A stretch of 63,986 bases of DNA, filler included, from Octopus bimaculoides (taxonomy: Eukaryota): assembly GCF_001194135.2 (NCBI RefSeq). It is 8 parts of 8 records of this genome, joined end to end, with 100 filler letters (N's around TTAATTAATTAA, not from the genome) between each part and the next. Parts side by side here need not be neighbours in the genome. Positions count along the whole stretch, not along the records: positions 29,664 to 36,196 come from NC_068991.1; positions 36,297 to 41,787 come from NC_069003.1; positions 41,888 to 54,336 come from NC_069000.1; 5 more parts are not named here. One strand, 5' to 3'. Within the stretch, counting starts at the first letter, position 1. Every line of letters starts with the position of its first letter. The notes below the pieces were generated by a model that was not told the origin of the DNA, made no database searches, and saw only the letters and a program-made list of their open reading frames with translations. Below are positions 29,564 through 42,489 of the stretch, one piece after another. A program made the translations under genes and the position numbers.

Positions 29564-29663
29564 NNNNNNNNNNNNNNNNNNNNNNNNNNNNNNNNNNNNN
29601 NNNNNNNTTAATTAATTAANNNNNNNNNNNNNNNNNNNNNNNNNNNNNNNNNNNNNNNNNNNN
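29564..29663. other. Artificial scaffold-joining spacer (44N-TTAATTAATTAA-44N)
   Basis: Exact 100-bp structure; the 12-mer gives stop codons in all six frames; identical at seven places. Confidence 0.95.
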
Positions 29664-29673
29664 TAATAATAAT

Positions 29674-30227
29674 GCCGGATGCAGTATCAGGCAGTGGCTC
29701 TCATGGCTTCTGATCTTAACTGATTGGAAGTGTTATCATGTACATTGTTTTGTCTTGATATAAAAAGATGGGCTACAGCAAATATTCTGCTTAATACCAC
29801 AGATTTGCTTGTCAGTTGTTTGACCTTAACCAGTTGAGTATGTCCCTTGGTGGCTGACGATATGTGCATCTCTGATCATGAGTAGGAGTAGTGGGGGAGC
29901 ATCATAGCCATGTGTTGAGAGGAATTCTTTGGGGTTTGAATAATTCACCTTTGGAAACATGGGTGTTTTGCTCAACATCCTTAAACAAACCTTATTCAGG
30001 GACCTTTTGAAGAAGATGGGCTACCGGATCTGAAGAAAATTCTAACTGGGCCCCACCTGCCAGGTCATGCGTTGTTTATCTTGATATGAGATCACCATGT
30101 CACGCACATATGTTTGTGATGCATGTGCCTGGTGTACCCTTATCAGACGAGTAGTCATGGTGGGTATACTGGGCTTCGTATATTTTACCCCAGTGTAACT
30201 TTGATGGCACGTACTGCTCACTCACTC

Positions 30228-30266
<39 letters not shown>
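29674..30266 (+). mobile_element. Interspersed repeat flanked by (TAA)n on both sides, probably a retroelement 3' UTR
   Basis: Homologous to 23281-23625; ends ctcactcaat(aat)n; begins after taataataat. Confidence 0.75.
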
Positions 30267-30630
30267 CCGATATAGTAACCTTTTGGAGGGACAAAAAAGA
30301 GTGCCTAATAATCGACGTAACAGTGCCAGGAGATCAACACATCAACATGAAAGAAAGTGAAAAAGTTGATAAATATGGAGACCTGAGAATTGAGATCGCT
30401 AAGATGTGGCAGCTACGAAATTCGAACATAAAGATTATCCCTGTTGTCATCGGAGCATTGGGTTCAACATTGGGTTCAATACCAGACAATCTGAAAAAAC
30501 ATCTGAAAACCTGGAGAGTTCTAAGCACTTGAAAACCATTGGAAGCTAGTGGATACCTAAGGTTGTAGGTAGTAATCCACTAGCCACATAAATAATGCCA
30601 GGAATAAGACCGAGCCTGAGTCAAATAAAA
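30267..30630 (+). mobile_element. 5'-truncated RLE-type non-LTR fragment starting directly after (AAT)n
   Basis: PDIV...CLIIDVTVPGDQHINMKESEKVDKYGDLRIEIAKMWQL...IIPVVIGALGS. Confidence 0.88.
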
Positions 30631-30632
30631 AA

Positions 30633-30838
30633 GGATAAATCCTTTCTGCTATAGGCACAAGGCCTGAAATTGTGGGGGAGGGAGCTAGTCACTTACATCG
30701 ACCCCAGTACGTAACTAGTACTTATTTCCTCGACCCCGAAAGAATGAAAGGCAAAGTCGACCACGGCAGAATTTGAACTTAGAGTGTAAAGACGACGGGC
30801 GAAATGCCACTAAGCATTTTGGCCGGCGTGCCAACGAT
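30633..30838 (-). mobile_element. SINE family B (alternative tail)
   Basis: Same body with the aaatttcaggccttgtgcctatagcagaaagg-type tail. Confidence 0.85.
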
Positions 30839-30844
30839 TGAAGC

Positions 30845-30889
30845 AAGTACAACAACAATGACAGTAACACGATTAATATGAACAGATAA

Positions 30890-30930
<41 letters not shown>

Positions 30931-31160
30931 GCGGCAAGTAAAATAAACAAGAACAACGAGAACAGCTATTCGACTAACATGAACGAACAGTGAAAACAAC
31001 AGCAAAAATAGGCAACCACACCAGAGAAAATAAACAAGAACAACAGTAGCAACAACATTTCTAAACTAGTAAGAACAACAAGCACAACAGAGAAAGTAAC
31101 AACAACAATAACAAGAACAACATCAATAACCGTAATAACTAGTAACATCACAACAACGTG
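30845..31160 (+). repeat. (AAC)n-rich low-complexity tract
   Basis: Direct reading; pure run at about 30890-30930. Confidence 0.92.
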
Positions 31161-31600
31161 GAATGTAAAACTAAGTATAAAAAAAAATACATGCTAGCTG
31201 AAAATACATTAAAAAGACAAACCTGCCAAAACGAATATATATTAAAAAAATATAAAAAATGATATTAGCGAAAAATACAATATATTTCAAGATATATATA
31301 TAACAACAACAACAACAACAACATAATTCGAACCCCTTCTCTCGCCACCCAAACACACCTCCAAAAAAGAACCATAATTGTCGGTTCCCGGCCACTAACT
31401 ATAATCCTTAATAATAAGATATTCTTTCGATTGGTCTGGTATTTTTAGCTCACGTCAAACGGTGTTTTTCCGCTTCCTCTTCATATCAACTCTTCCCTCG
31501 CACCAGCAACCCACCAACCCCATCCATTCATCACTCCACCACTCCGCCATAACTTCTATTTTATATTCTCCCAATTTTCCCGAGTTTTCTTATTTTATTC

Positions 31601-31655
<55 letters not shown>

Positions 31656-31899
31656 TATATATATATGTATGTATGTATGTACGTATGTATGTATGTATGT
31701 GTGTATGTATATATGTATGTATGTTTCTATGTATGTATGTGTTTGTGAGTGTGTGTGTTGTATGTGGTATATGTACATGTGTTATATTTACTTATTTTCA
31801 TTTTTATCTCGATTGCTTTCTATCTTTCCCGCCAGTTTTAATCAGCATCAATGGCGGACATACGCCAGTTGAGCCAGAGGCGAATATAGAGACAGACAG

Positions 31900-32710
31900 A
31901 CAGACATGCAGACAGGAGGGGGGGACAAGAAGAGTGATAAAGAAACAACAAGAAAAAGGAGAAAAGAAAACTGAAAGAAAAATATGAGAGAGAGAGAAGG
32001 AAGAGAAAAAACAAAAACAAAAGAACAAAACCGAAATACTAAAAGATAGATGCAAAGAAAAATGTGAAAGACGAAATATAAAAAGAAAAATATCCAAAAA
32101 TGAAAATCAAAGCAAAATACAAAACTTCGAAACAATAGACATGAAGAAGGAGAAAAAGAAGAAAAGGAAGCAAAGATGAATGACGGGAAAATAGAGAAGT
32201 GATGAGGAGATGAATAAATAGCACCATTCTCTTGTTTAAACATGGTGACCGAGGCAAAAGACCGTGAAGTTACCAAATGGCTGAAAAGACAGACCAGACA
32301 GAAACAGAAAGAGAGAGAAAGACAGAAAGAAAGACAGTGGGGAGAGATAGAGAGGGAAAGGGAAAGAAAGAGGGGATTGAGAGAAAAAGAGAGGGAGGGA
32401 GGCAAGCAGAACGAAAGAAAGAGAAAGAGAGAAGAATAAGGAGAATGAAAGAATGAAGAAATAAAATAAATAAAATATATAGAACTGTAAGAATGAAAGG
32501 ACGAAAAGAGGGGAAAAAAGCAGAAACGTGGCACACGAAAAACGAAACAAAATAAACAGGAACAAATAAAAGAAAAGAAAATAACAAAAAAAAAACCCAA
32601 AAAAACAAAGGGAAAATGCTGAAGTGAAAGTGAGAGGAAAAGAAAGAAGGAAAGAAAATGAAAGAAGGTAGTTGTGGAAAGAAAGAAAGAAAGAAAGAAA
32701 AAAGAATGAA
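31900..32710 (+). repeat. Long purine (A/G)-rich low-complexity tract
   Basis: Direct reading; source of the F/L/S-rich minus-strand ORFs. Confidence 0.92.
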
Positions 32711-33226
32711 AGAAGGTAAGAAAGCGGGGTAGGATGGGTGGTGTGAGGTTGGGTAGATGAGGTGGGGGGGATGGAATTCAATTTCCTTTCGGTGCCGTTT
32801 ACTTTTCTAATTGATAAATGAAATCATCGTGATTATGGAAATTTGTTACAAGGATGACGACAACAACAACACTGGCCACAACAACAAGAACAACATCATC
32901 GTCGTCATCATCGTCGTTCTCGTCGTCATCATCATCATCATCATCAACAGCAACAATAGCCACAATAACAGCAACAGCAATAATAACAAAAATGACAGCA
33001 ATAACAACAGTAACAACAACGACAGCGAGGCTGAAAGAAAGAATGAATAGCGACTACAACCTAGGTACGGACACCTATAGCAACATTTGCGCAATTGTAA
33101 GAACGCATGCTAACCGGGTACCTGCTACAGAGAACACCCGAGCTTTAGAAATGATAGTAATTATCATTACAGTGCAGAATCGTTACTGCGCCGGAAAAAT
33201 GCTTGGCATAATTTCTTTCGACTAAA

Positions 33227-33462
33227 AAGGCGGCGAGCTGGCAGAAACGTTCGAGCGCCGGGCAAAATGCTTAGCGGTATTTCGTCTGCCGTTACGTTCT
33301 GAGTTCAAATTCCGCCGAGGTTGACTTTGCCTTTCATCCTTTCGGGGTCGATAAATTAAGTACCAGTTATGCACTGGGAGTCGATGTAATCGACTTAATC
33401 CATTTGTCTGTCCTTGTTTGTCCCCTCTATGTTTAGCCCCTCGTGGGCAATAAAGAAATAAG
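33227..33462 (+). mobile_element. Full-length tRNA-derived SINE, family B, inserted into an older family-B copy
   Basis: Head GGCGGCGAGCTGGCAGAA...GAGTTCAAATTCC; 17-bp TSD AATTTCTTTCGACTAAA (33210-33226, 33463-33479). Confidence 0.93.
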
Positions 33463-33624
33463 AATTTCTTTCGACTAAACGTGTTCAAATTCCTCCAGGG
33501 TCGACTTTGCCTTTCATCCGTTCGGAGTCGATAAAATAAGTATCAGTTGAGCACTGGAGTCCACATAATCGATTCACATCCTACTCCGAAATTGCTGGCT
33601 TTGTGCCAAAATTTGAAAGTATGA

Positions 33625-34990
33625 TTATTACTATTATTCTTTAACTCAAGTTTTGTTAGAACGCCTGGAGACTTGCATGTGTAACGGGCTTGCTACCTGC
33701 AGCCTACGGTCCCATGCTATCTGTTCTTTTCAACTATCTAATACTGTCCTGATTATTCTGGCCGTACCAAGGAGGCAAACCTTTTGTAACAACTCTACTG
33801 GTACACTATTGCCATTTCCTTTACATTCTTCTTTGAAGCCTTCTGATACTGTTCCCAAGGACTCAGCAATAATTGGTACTATCTTCATCTTCATTTACTA
33901 CAATCACGCTATCTTCTATTTCAGAGTGATGTATGTCTATTTTTACGTCTTCCTTCTTGACTATACATGTGTCAAAGGGGCATGCAACGTCAATTATATA
34001 GTACATGTGGTTCACCTTGTCTACCACCGCTAGGTCCGGCTTGTTGTGCTGAAGCACCCGGCCTGTTTGGATTGGCAAATATCACTAGACATGCAGGTCC
34101 CCGACTCCGCCGCTCTTTGTGGTTTGTGCCCATATGAAGCTTTGTCTCTCTCTGGCCTCCACTTTTCACAAAGTTTCCAATGTAGCACTTTCGCTATCTC
34201 ATCATGTCGCCACAACTTATATTGATTTTGGCAAGTCCAGAGTATTCGTTTATCATATGAGCAATGGTTTTGTTAACTCTATTATAGATTCGGTGCAATG
34301 GAGACAGTTGCTCATTCCTACAGTTAACCCTTCCATTTGTGGCCAAACCCTGGCCTTGCGCTGCCATTATTGTGCTCTCGGTCTCTTTTCAGTCTTACCT
34401 TCTTCAACCAGTCTCACGTACGTTTACCAACAACTTCATTTGTGGCTACATGGAATTGATTGTGTAGTCTCTTGTTGCGTAGTACTTCTTCATGTCCTTC
34501 CTGTACTTCTTGTTTTGCTCTTTTCTTTTCCTGATTTCAAATTGCCCTTATCTCTAACTGCCCGTAGCAAGGTTTCTTCACTTAGGGATAGATACCGCAG
34601 CAGGTTCCCAAGTTCAATATGTACACAGTCTTCCGCACTTCTCAGTCCCCTTCCTCCATTTGCTCTCTTCATGTATATACGATCAATGTCTGCACATTGA
34701 TGATATGGGCTCCATGCGTCGTTAGGAGCTTTCTTGTCTTTCTGTCCAACTCCTTTACTTCATCCTCAGTCCACTTCAGAATTCCAATTCCATACCAAAC
34801 CACTGCGACTGCGCGCGAGTTTATTGCCGAAATTATGTTCCTGACATTCAACGTTGAATCCAATGCTTTTCGCCATCGCTGCAGATACGCTTTTGTTGTC
34901 TTTTCCTTCATATCATTATGCTTAATTCCATCTGCCTCAAATATCCCCAGGTATTTATATACTGACATCACAATCATCATTAACATCGTT
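33625..34990 (-). mobile_element. RLE-type non-LTR retrotransposon (R4/Dong-like), degenerate 3' part
   Basis: YKYLGIFEADGIKH, LDRKTRKLLT, LYMKRANGGRGL, HDEIAKVLHWKLC, KPDLAVVDK..YIIDVACPFD, LLQKVCLLGTARIIR. Confidence 0.92.
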
Positions 34991-35212
34991 TATCTTTTAT
35001 CTTTTGCTTATTTCATTAGACTACGGCCATGCTGGGGAACTGATTTGAGGTATTTTCGTTGAATGAATCGATGTCAGTACCTATTTTTTAAAAGCCTGAC
35101 ATCTATTTTATCGGTCTCCTTTGCCAAACTGCTTCGTTGTGAGGACGTAATCAAACCAGTACCTGCTGTCAAGTGGTGGTGGGTAACACACGCACGCGCG
35201 CGCAGATATATG

Positions 35213-36140
35213 TATATCCGAACCGGTGCTATAAAAACAAAACTACAGCACGTACCAATTTGGCATTTAATCTCCTTCAAAGTAGTCCCCTTCGAAAGCC
35301 ACACACTTAGTCCAGCGCTGTTTCCATTGATGGAAGCATTCCTGGAACTCGTTTTCTGGGATAATCAGCAGCTGCCTCGTCGTATTCACTTTGATTTCCT
35401 CGAAAGAATTGAAATCTTCCTTTCAAGCTGGATTTGATTTTTGGAAAGAAGAAAAAGTCGGAAGGGGCGAGATCTGGGGATTACGATAGCTGTCGTACCT
35501 GGGGAATGCTGTGCCTAGCTAAAATATGCTGCGCAAGCTGGGCAGGTGCATTGTCATGGTGCAATTGCTACTCACCGGACGCATGCAACTGTGGCCTTTT
35601 CCGACGAATAACTTCCCCTAAAGCCCGCAAAACGTCACGGTAGTACTTCTTGTTTACTGTCTGACCAGGTGGAACATACTTATGATGAACAATCTCTTGT
35701 AGTCGAAGAAAACGGTCAACTCATTCCTGCTTTCTTCGGTCTCGGAGAGGTTGGGGGTCTTCCAATAAGAAGACTTAGCCTTTGCTTCAGGGTCATAGCC
35801 ATAGACCCACAATTCATCATCCGTTATGACTGTTTTCAAAGAGTTTTCATCGTTCTCGACAGAATCAAGGAGATCTGGTGCAACTGAAACCCGAGTGAGT
35901 TTTTGGTCAACTGAAAGCAGTTTTGGCACAAACTTGGCAGACACGTGTCTAATACTCAAGTCTTCAGTGATAATGAACAGAACTGAACCGTAACTAATCT
36001 GCTCATCCTCTGATAATTCACGGATGGTGATTCGACGATTTTCCGCTCAAAGCTGCACGCACATCTGCAATGTTTTTCTCAGTTCTGCTGGTTGCGGGTT
36101 TCCCAGAACGTTCGTCACTATCGACATTTTTTCGGCCATT
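35213..36140 (-). mobile_element. Degenerate mariner (DD34D-type) transposase
   Basis: SAKFVPKLL, VITDDELWVYGYDPE, LHHDNAPA, SPDLAPSDFFFFPK, C-terminal KCVAFEGDYFEGD*; multiple stops and frameshifts. Confidence 0.92.
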
Positions 36141-36196
36141 TGGTGGAAAGGGAAGTCGACTTCATGAACCCCTGCTCTCAGCTACTTATTTTATCG

Positions 36197-36296
36197 NNNN
36201 NNNNNNNNNNNNNNNNNNNNNNNNNNNNNNNNNNNNNNNNTTAATTAATTAANNNNNNNNNNNNNNNNNNNNNNNNNNNNNNNNNNNNNNNNNNNN
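36197..36296. other. Artificial scaffold-joining spacer
   Basis: 44N-TTAATTAATTAA(36241-36252)-44N. Confidence 0.95.
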
Positions 36297-36470
36297 GTTG
36301 TGGTGGTGGTGGTAGGTAGGTATAGAAGAAAGAGTAGCAATAACAACAACAACAGCAACAACAATGATCAATGAGTGTTTTTGTTGTGCTACTTCTATCG
36401 TGACTTGGCCTCTTTCAACGGGTCCTCGCATCAACAGCTTCTCCGAAAAGTAGAATTAGTTGGCGCAGAA

Positions 36471-36471
<1 letters not shown>

Positions 36472-36521
<50 letters not shown>
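36472..36521 (+). repeat. (TAG)n microsatellite within a trinucleotide low-complexity zone (36297-36735)
   Basis: Direct reading. Confidence 0.97.
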
Positions 36522-36695
36522 ATACAGAAACGGTGGTAGTGGTAATGGTGTTGGTGGTGGTAGTGGTGGCGGTTGTGGCGCTGTGTTGTTTTCACTTTTA
36601 TTTCCCGGACAACCATCGTCGTAGTAATTTTCAACTAATTTAACCAGTTTTTCCCGCGCACGCCATCCCTCCCTCTTTTACCAGCCACCACCACC

Positions 36696-36729
<34 letters not shown>

Positions 36730-37270
36730 TTAGCACCATTAACAGCGTCACCAAAAACCTTTTCCCGTTTCTTTAACATTTCTTCAACGCCATTTTATTA
36801 ACACGGTGGAGATATTAAATCGATAGCTACGACCAAACTATTGATCTGTGGCTGGCAGCGAGAGTTCTAACGATAATCACAGCTACTAACTTCAAATAGT
36901 GTTCTCGCGAGATTTGCCGAACAAATGATGAATGCTGTGATCTAGGTTCTTGCATCTTTGTGTATTTGTGTGTTTCGTCGAAAATGGACGCTTTTGGAGT
37001 GTTGTAAATATGTGTTTACATGTGTTGTGTTGCACATGGGTACGCGTACAGCTATGTATGTGTGTATATGATTGTACGTATGCCACGAATGTACTTATGT
37101 GTATAAATGTACATGCATGCATACATACATATATATATATATACATACATATATATATATACATATATATATGTATGTATGTATGCATGTATGTATGTAT
37201 GTATGTATGTATACAGCCATACATAGATGCCTGAAAACATACATGCGTACATATACTTGCTCATACAAAC

Positions 37271-37363
<93 letters not shown>

Positions 37364-37798
37364 NNNNNNNNNNNNNNNNNNNNNNNNNNNNNNNNNNNNN
37401 NNNNNNNNNNNNNNNNNNNNNNNNNNNNNNNNNNNNNNNNNNNNNNNNNNNNNNNNNNNNNNNNNNNNNNNNNNNNNNNNNNNNNNNNNNNNNNNNNNNN
37501 NNNNNNNNNNNNNNNNNNNNNNNNNNNNNNNNNNNNNNNNNNNNNNNNNNNNNNNNNNNNNNNNNNNNNNNNNNNNNNNNNNNNNNNNNNNNNNNNNNNN
37601 NNNNNNNNNNNNNNNNNNNNNNNNNNNNNNNNNNNNNNNNNNNNNNNNNNNNNNNNNNNNNNNNNNNNNNNNNNNNNNNNNNNNNNNNNNNNNNNNNNNN
37701 NNNNNNNNNNNNNNNNNNNNNNNNNNNNNNNNNNNNNNNNNNNNNNNNNNNNNNNNNNNNNNNNNNNNNNNNNNNNNNNNNNNNNNNNNNNNNNNNNN

Positions 37799-37832
<34 letters not shown>

Positions 37833-38267
37833 CGCGTATGCATATGTATATACACAAACGAGCACAAATATACAAAACAGACAAATAAAGACACAGATTA
37901 GGCAAACGTGATCAAACGTACAAACACGCACACGCACACAATCACACACACACACATAGGCAGGTGTAGTTGTATATGCAATAAATACACACCCTTGTAA
38001 ATGTACAGATTCATACGCAGTAGCACATAGGTTACGTAAAGACACATGACTACAACAGAGGACAAGGAAGAAGTATGTACACATACGCATAGAAATATAG
38101 TTACACACGGAGATTGTATTGCAAATGGCGAACCAACGATCGGTTGGGAGGCTCTACCTGGTCGCTCAGTTTGCTAGAAGTAGCAGATAATTGATCTCAC
38201 TAATATCACTCTCTGCAACGGCGACGGCCTTGGCGGCAAAGAGGAGGAGAATGAAGAAAAAGAAGGA

Positions 38268-38319
38268 GAAGAAGAAGAAGAAGAAGAAGAAGAAGAAGAA
38301 GAAGAAGAAGAAGAAGAAG
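38268..38319 (+). repeat. (GAA)n microsatellite
   Basis: Direct reading. Confidence 0.97.
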
Positions 38320-38627
38320 GAAGAAGAAGGGAGTAGAAGAGGAGGAAGCACAATAACAACAATACAACAGAAATACTACAACAATAGTAACAATAACGTT
38401 ATTATAATATAATATTTGTTTTCATCAAACGAGAAACCAAAATGGCCACCCGTGTAATGTATCAAACAGTTGACTACACGGATTTTGGATTGATTCGGAG
38501 AAATATGGCCGCCATTACATGGCTGCCATCCTATTTCCAATTTTTCATTCCTTGCCCGCTCAGAAACATTAATCTTCTCCCGTTGCTGAGAAAGTCTATT
38601 CAAGCGCCTGCTAAATGTGTATACGTC

Positions 38628-38681
<54 letters not shown>

Positions 38682-38808
38682 AGAGAGAGGGGTAGAGAGG
38701 GAGGGAGAGAGATATATATACTTCGTTTTTGCATGTGTGTATCCGGCTTATATATATGTGGGCGAATATGTATATTTATATGTATATCTATAGACACACC
38801 GGTGCCTA

Positions 38809-38886
<78 letters not shown>

Positions 38887-39790
38887 NNNNNNNNNNNNNN
38901 NNNNNNNNNNNNNNNNNNNNNNNNNNNNNNNNNNNNNNNNNNNNNNNNNNNNNNNNNNNNNNNNNNNNNNNNNNNNNNNNNNNNNNNNNNNNNNNNNNNN
39001 NNNNNNNNNNNNNNNNNNNNNNNNNNNNNNNNNNNNNNNNNNNNNNNNNNNNNNNNNNNNNNNNNNNNNNNNNNNNNNNNNNNNNNNNNNNNNNNNNNNN
39101 NNNNNNNNNNNNNNNNNNNNNNNNNNNNNNNNNNNNNNNNNNNNNNNNNNNNNNNNNNNNNNNNNNNNNNNNNNNNNNNNNNNNNNNNNNNNNNNNNNNN
39201 NNNNNNNNNNNNNNNNNNNNNNNNNNNNNNNNNNNNNNNNNNNNNNNNNNNNNNNNNNNNNNNNNNNNNNNNNNNNNNNNNNNNNNNNNNNNNNNNNNNN
39301 NNNNNNNNNNNNNNNNNNNNNNNNNNNNNNNNNNNNNNNNNNNNNNNNNNNNNNNNNNNNNNNNNNNNNNNNNNNNNNNNNNNNNNNNNNNNNNNNNNNN
39401 NNNNNNNNNNNNNNNNNNNNNNNNNNNNNNNNNNNNNNNNNNNNNNNNNNNNNNNNNNNNNNNNNNNNNNNNNNNNNNNNNNNNNNNNNNNNNNNNNNNN
39501 NNNNNNNNNNNNNNNNNNNNNNNNNNNNNNNNNNNNNNNNNNNNNNNNNNNNNNNNNNNNNNNNNNNNNNNNNNNNNNNNNNNNNNNNNNNNNNNNNNNN
39601 NNNNNNNNNNNNNNNNNNNNNNNNNNNNNNNNNNNNNNNNNNNNNNNNNNNNNNNNNTATATATATATATAATAAACTGATATATACACAAACAGGGAGA
39701 ATTCACAAAAAACAACAACAAAGGATGAAGACATGTGGTGTAGACAACAACAAACAGATGTATTAGTTTCACGCTCGGCAGTGAAAACGT

Positions 39791-39826
39791 CTTTAACGTT
39801 TCGAGCCTACGCTCTTCCACAGAAAG
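39791..39826 (-). ncRNA. Minimal hammerhead-ribozyme-like motif (non-canonical core)
   Basis: Reverse complement: CTTT-CTGTGGA-A-GAGC-GTAG-GCTC-GAAAC-GTT-AAAG. Confidence 0.55.
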
Positions 39827-40316
39827 GAACACAAAATGAAACAAGGAGAGAAAATAAAGAATTGAAACCACGATCTCGCGATCGTGAGGTTTGCATGCTA
39901 AACCATTAAGCCATTCACCCTTACATATAATATATATAAAACTATAATTATTCATATTAATGATCTAACGGGGATTCTTATTGTTATAATTGATAATCAA
40001 AGGTAGAGAAAATATTTATATCCTCAGGTGAATGAAAAAACAATTGTCCTAAATAATGATGCTAAGAATGGAATGGGATAGTTTTTAATTTAAAGTTTTC
40101 GTAATATAAAAGTATGTAACCCGTACTTTACACTTAAAGACCGCAAGTCCAGCATCCCAAATTCAGGCTGGTCAACCTATCTAAGAGGTTGATAAGCATA
40201 GTTAGAAAGCATATTCTTAGAATTAGTTCAAGTAAGCTGAGGCACTTCAAGAAATGCATTGAGTCAAGAGTCAATACAAACACATATGCATGTGTGTGTG
40301 TATATANNNNNNNNNN

Positions 40317-40356
<40 letters not shown>

Positions 40357-40384
40357 CATACATACATATTTACATATATGTATA

Positions 40385-40600
40385 TGTTTGTGTGTCTGTG
40401 TTTGTGTCCCTATCATCGCTTGACAAACGATGTCGATGTGTTTACGTCCCCGTAACCTAGCGGTTCGGCATAAGAGACCGATAGAACAAGTACTAGGCTT
40501 ACAAAGGATAAATTCTGGGGTCGATTTCCTCGACTAAAGGTGGTGCCCCAGCACGGCCGCAGTCAGATGACTCAAACAAGTAAAAGAATAAAAGAATAAA
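40385..40600 (+). mobile_element. SINE family C tail
   Basis: tttacgtccccgtaacctagcggttcggc...gtcgatttcctcgactaaaggtggtgcc, homologous to 11810-12000. Confidence 0.85.
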
Positions 40601-40913
40601 AGAATATATATATATATATATATATATTATATACATATATATGTATATATATGCATGCACATATATAAATATAAATGCATATATGAATACATATATATGT
40701 ATATGCATGTATATATGTGTATATATGTATATATATGCATATATCTATATCTATCTATCTATTTATATAATAATAATATAGGGTAAGATTATTAATAATA
40801 ATAATATTACCAAGTAGTCCGTACGTTAAAAAATCCTTTAGGTAAATTATACAAAATGGTCTATAATTATATACATAATCATAATGAGGGTCATCTAATT
40901 ATAGAATATTTTG

Positions 40914-40969
<56 letters not shown>

Positions 40970-41701
40970 ATAGATTTATCGATATACGCGCTGCTATGTT
41001 ATATGCCACGGAGGATTCTATTATACTAACTCTCGTTTTGTAAGAGGTACTGTATACATACTCAAAGAATGTGTACGTACATACACCCTTACACACCAAT
41101 ATATAATTATATACACGCGCGCATGTACACACACACACATACACACATGCACACATGCAAACATATTCACACATTGATGTATATATATGTATGGGTGCGT
41201 GTATTGTGTGCGCGCGTCTACATGTGCACACGTCACATATGATACGCGTTTGCAACGTACAATTTGGTCGTGAGCAAATACGAAACAAACCGGAAGAGCG
41301 TCATCCCTCCGAAATGTAATGTAAACAAGCTATCATAACAGGAAAACATTCTAAGGGAGATCAACAGTTATATAGAAATTACGTTCTGCTCTGATGAACA
41401 GCCTGATGATACGAAACTGCTGGCGAATGGAATGCCGGACGCTGAACTATAATTTATACAGTAAATATTTACTCTATGTAAGTATTGAGTTCTCTTTTCT
41501 TTTGTTCGTTGTGTGACCTCGTTTCTGATGTCGCCCACGCACTACTAGTAATGGATATATGTGTGTATATGGATATATTTAGATTTATATCTATATGTAT
41601 ATGTCTTTCTCTCCATGTATGTGTGTGTGTGTGTCAGTGTGATTTTGTATGTATATGCTGGTGCGACCATGTGTGTTTGCGCGTTTGTGTGTGTATGTGC
41701 G

Positions 41702-41744
<43 letters not shown>

Positions 41745-41787
41745 ATATATATATATGCATATATATATATGCATATATATATATATA

Positions 41788-41887
41788 NNNNNNNNNNNNN
41801 NNNNNNNNNNNNNNNNNNNNNNNNNNNNNNNTTAATTAATTAANNNNNNNNNNNNNNNNNNNNNNNNNNNNNNNNNNNNNNNNNNNN
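41788..41887. other. Artificial scaffold-joining spacer
   Basis: 44N-TTAATTAATTAA(41832-41843)-44N. Confidence 0.95.
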
Positions 41888-41907
41888 GTGTTTTCCATGT
41901 CTTTTAC

Positions 41908-42025
41908 CTCCAACAAACGCGGAAGTACTTGACGGCCGTTGAATCGGGAAGAGAGGTTTTTTTGTATACGTCTCTTCTCCGTTCGTTTGCGGAATTTTTG
42001 TTTTTTTATCTTTCGTTTTGACCAT
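41908..42025 (-). CDS. Candidate first coding segment of a gene leaving the scaffold end
   Basis: AAAAAAATGG start context; MVKTKDKKTKIPQTNGEETYTKKPLFPIQRPSSTSAFVG; possible donor GAG|GTAAAA at 41908; lies in an exon with acceptor tttattgtcatcatttcag| at 42097. A second frame is also open, so the frame is uncertain. Confidence 0.4.
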
Positions 42026-42097
42026 TTTTTTTTGTTTCCGAATAATATTGTATGCATGTCCGCACATATGACAACACACCCCTTCACTCACTCCCAC

Positions 42098-42195
42098 CTG
42101 AAATGATGACAATAAACCTTGTTTTACTTAACTTCGTCTTGCGACTGACTCGATAAAAATAAAATAGAATTACAGTTCTATTTTTGAATACTCAC
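42098..42195 (-). other. Candidate short (98-nt) 5'-UTR intron
   Basis: Donor AA|GTGAGT at 42195 and acceptor ...catttcag| at 42098; upstream exon carries an ATG giving uORF MEATETKWE* after splicing. Confidence 0.5.
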
Positions 42196-42339
42196 TTCGT
42201 TTCGGTGGCCTCCATGCGTGTAAATTAAGAAAACATAAACTAAAATCCGTTTAAAGTAATTCCTTTAGTATTTTGAGCAAACAATCGTTTGATTCCTGAG
42301 TGTAATTTTTCAGAGAAACGACATCGCACATAATTTTAG

Positions 42340-42400
42340 GTCACTGATAATTGACGTTCGCAATGTACACGCACATGCGCATTCTTTTTTTTAGAAACGT
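42340..42400. promoter_or_regulatory. CpG-containing promoter-like segment with NRF1-like site
   Basis: CGCACATGCGCA at 42370-42381 resembles the NRF1 consensus YGCGCAYGCGCR; sits just upstream of the candidate minus-strand first exon. Confidence 0.35.
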
Positions 42401-42489
42401 TTGTATGTATGTGAGTGTATGTGTTATCTTCGATACTAGTACGCAACAACATCCGGTCGTCGTGCGCACGCTTACTGATTACATTACCG

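Noticed and set aside
31804-33225. Long F/L/S-rich and poly-T/S/N ORFs (up to 250 aa)
   Set aside because: Arise from purine-rich and trinucleotide low-complexity tracts; no domain signal
41391-41420. CTGATGA...GAAAC as a canonical hammerhead
   Set aside because: No convincing stem II and no properly placed NUH/stem III
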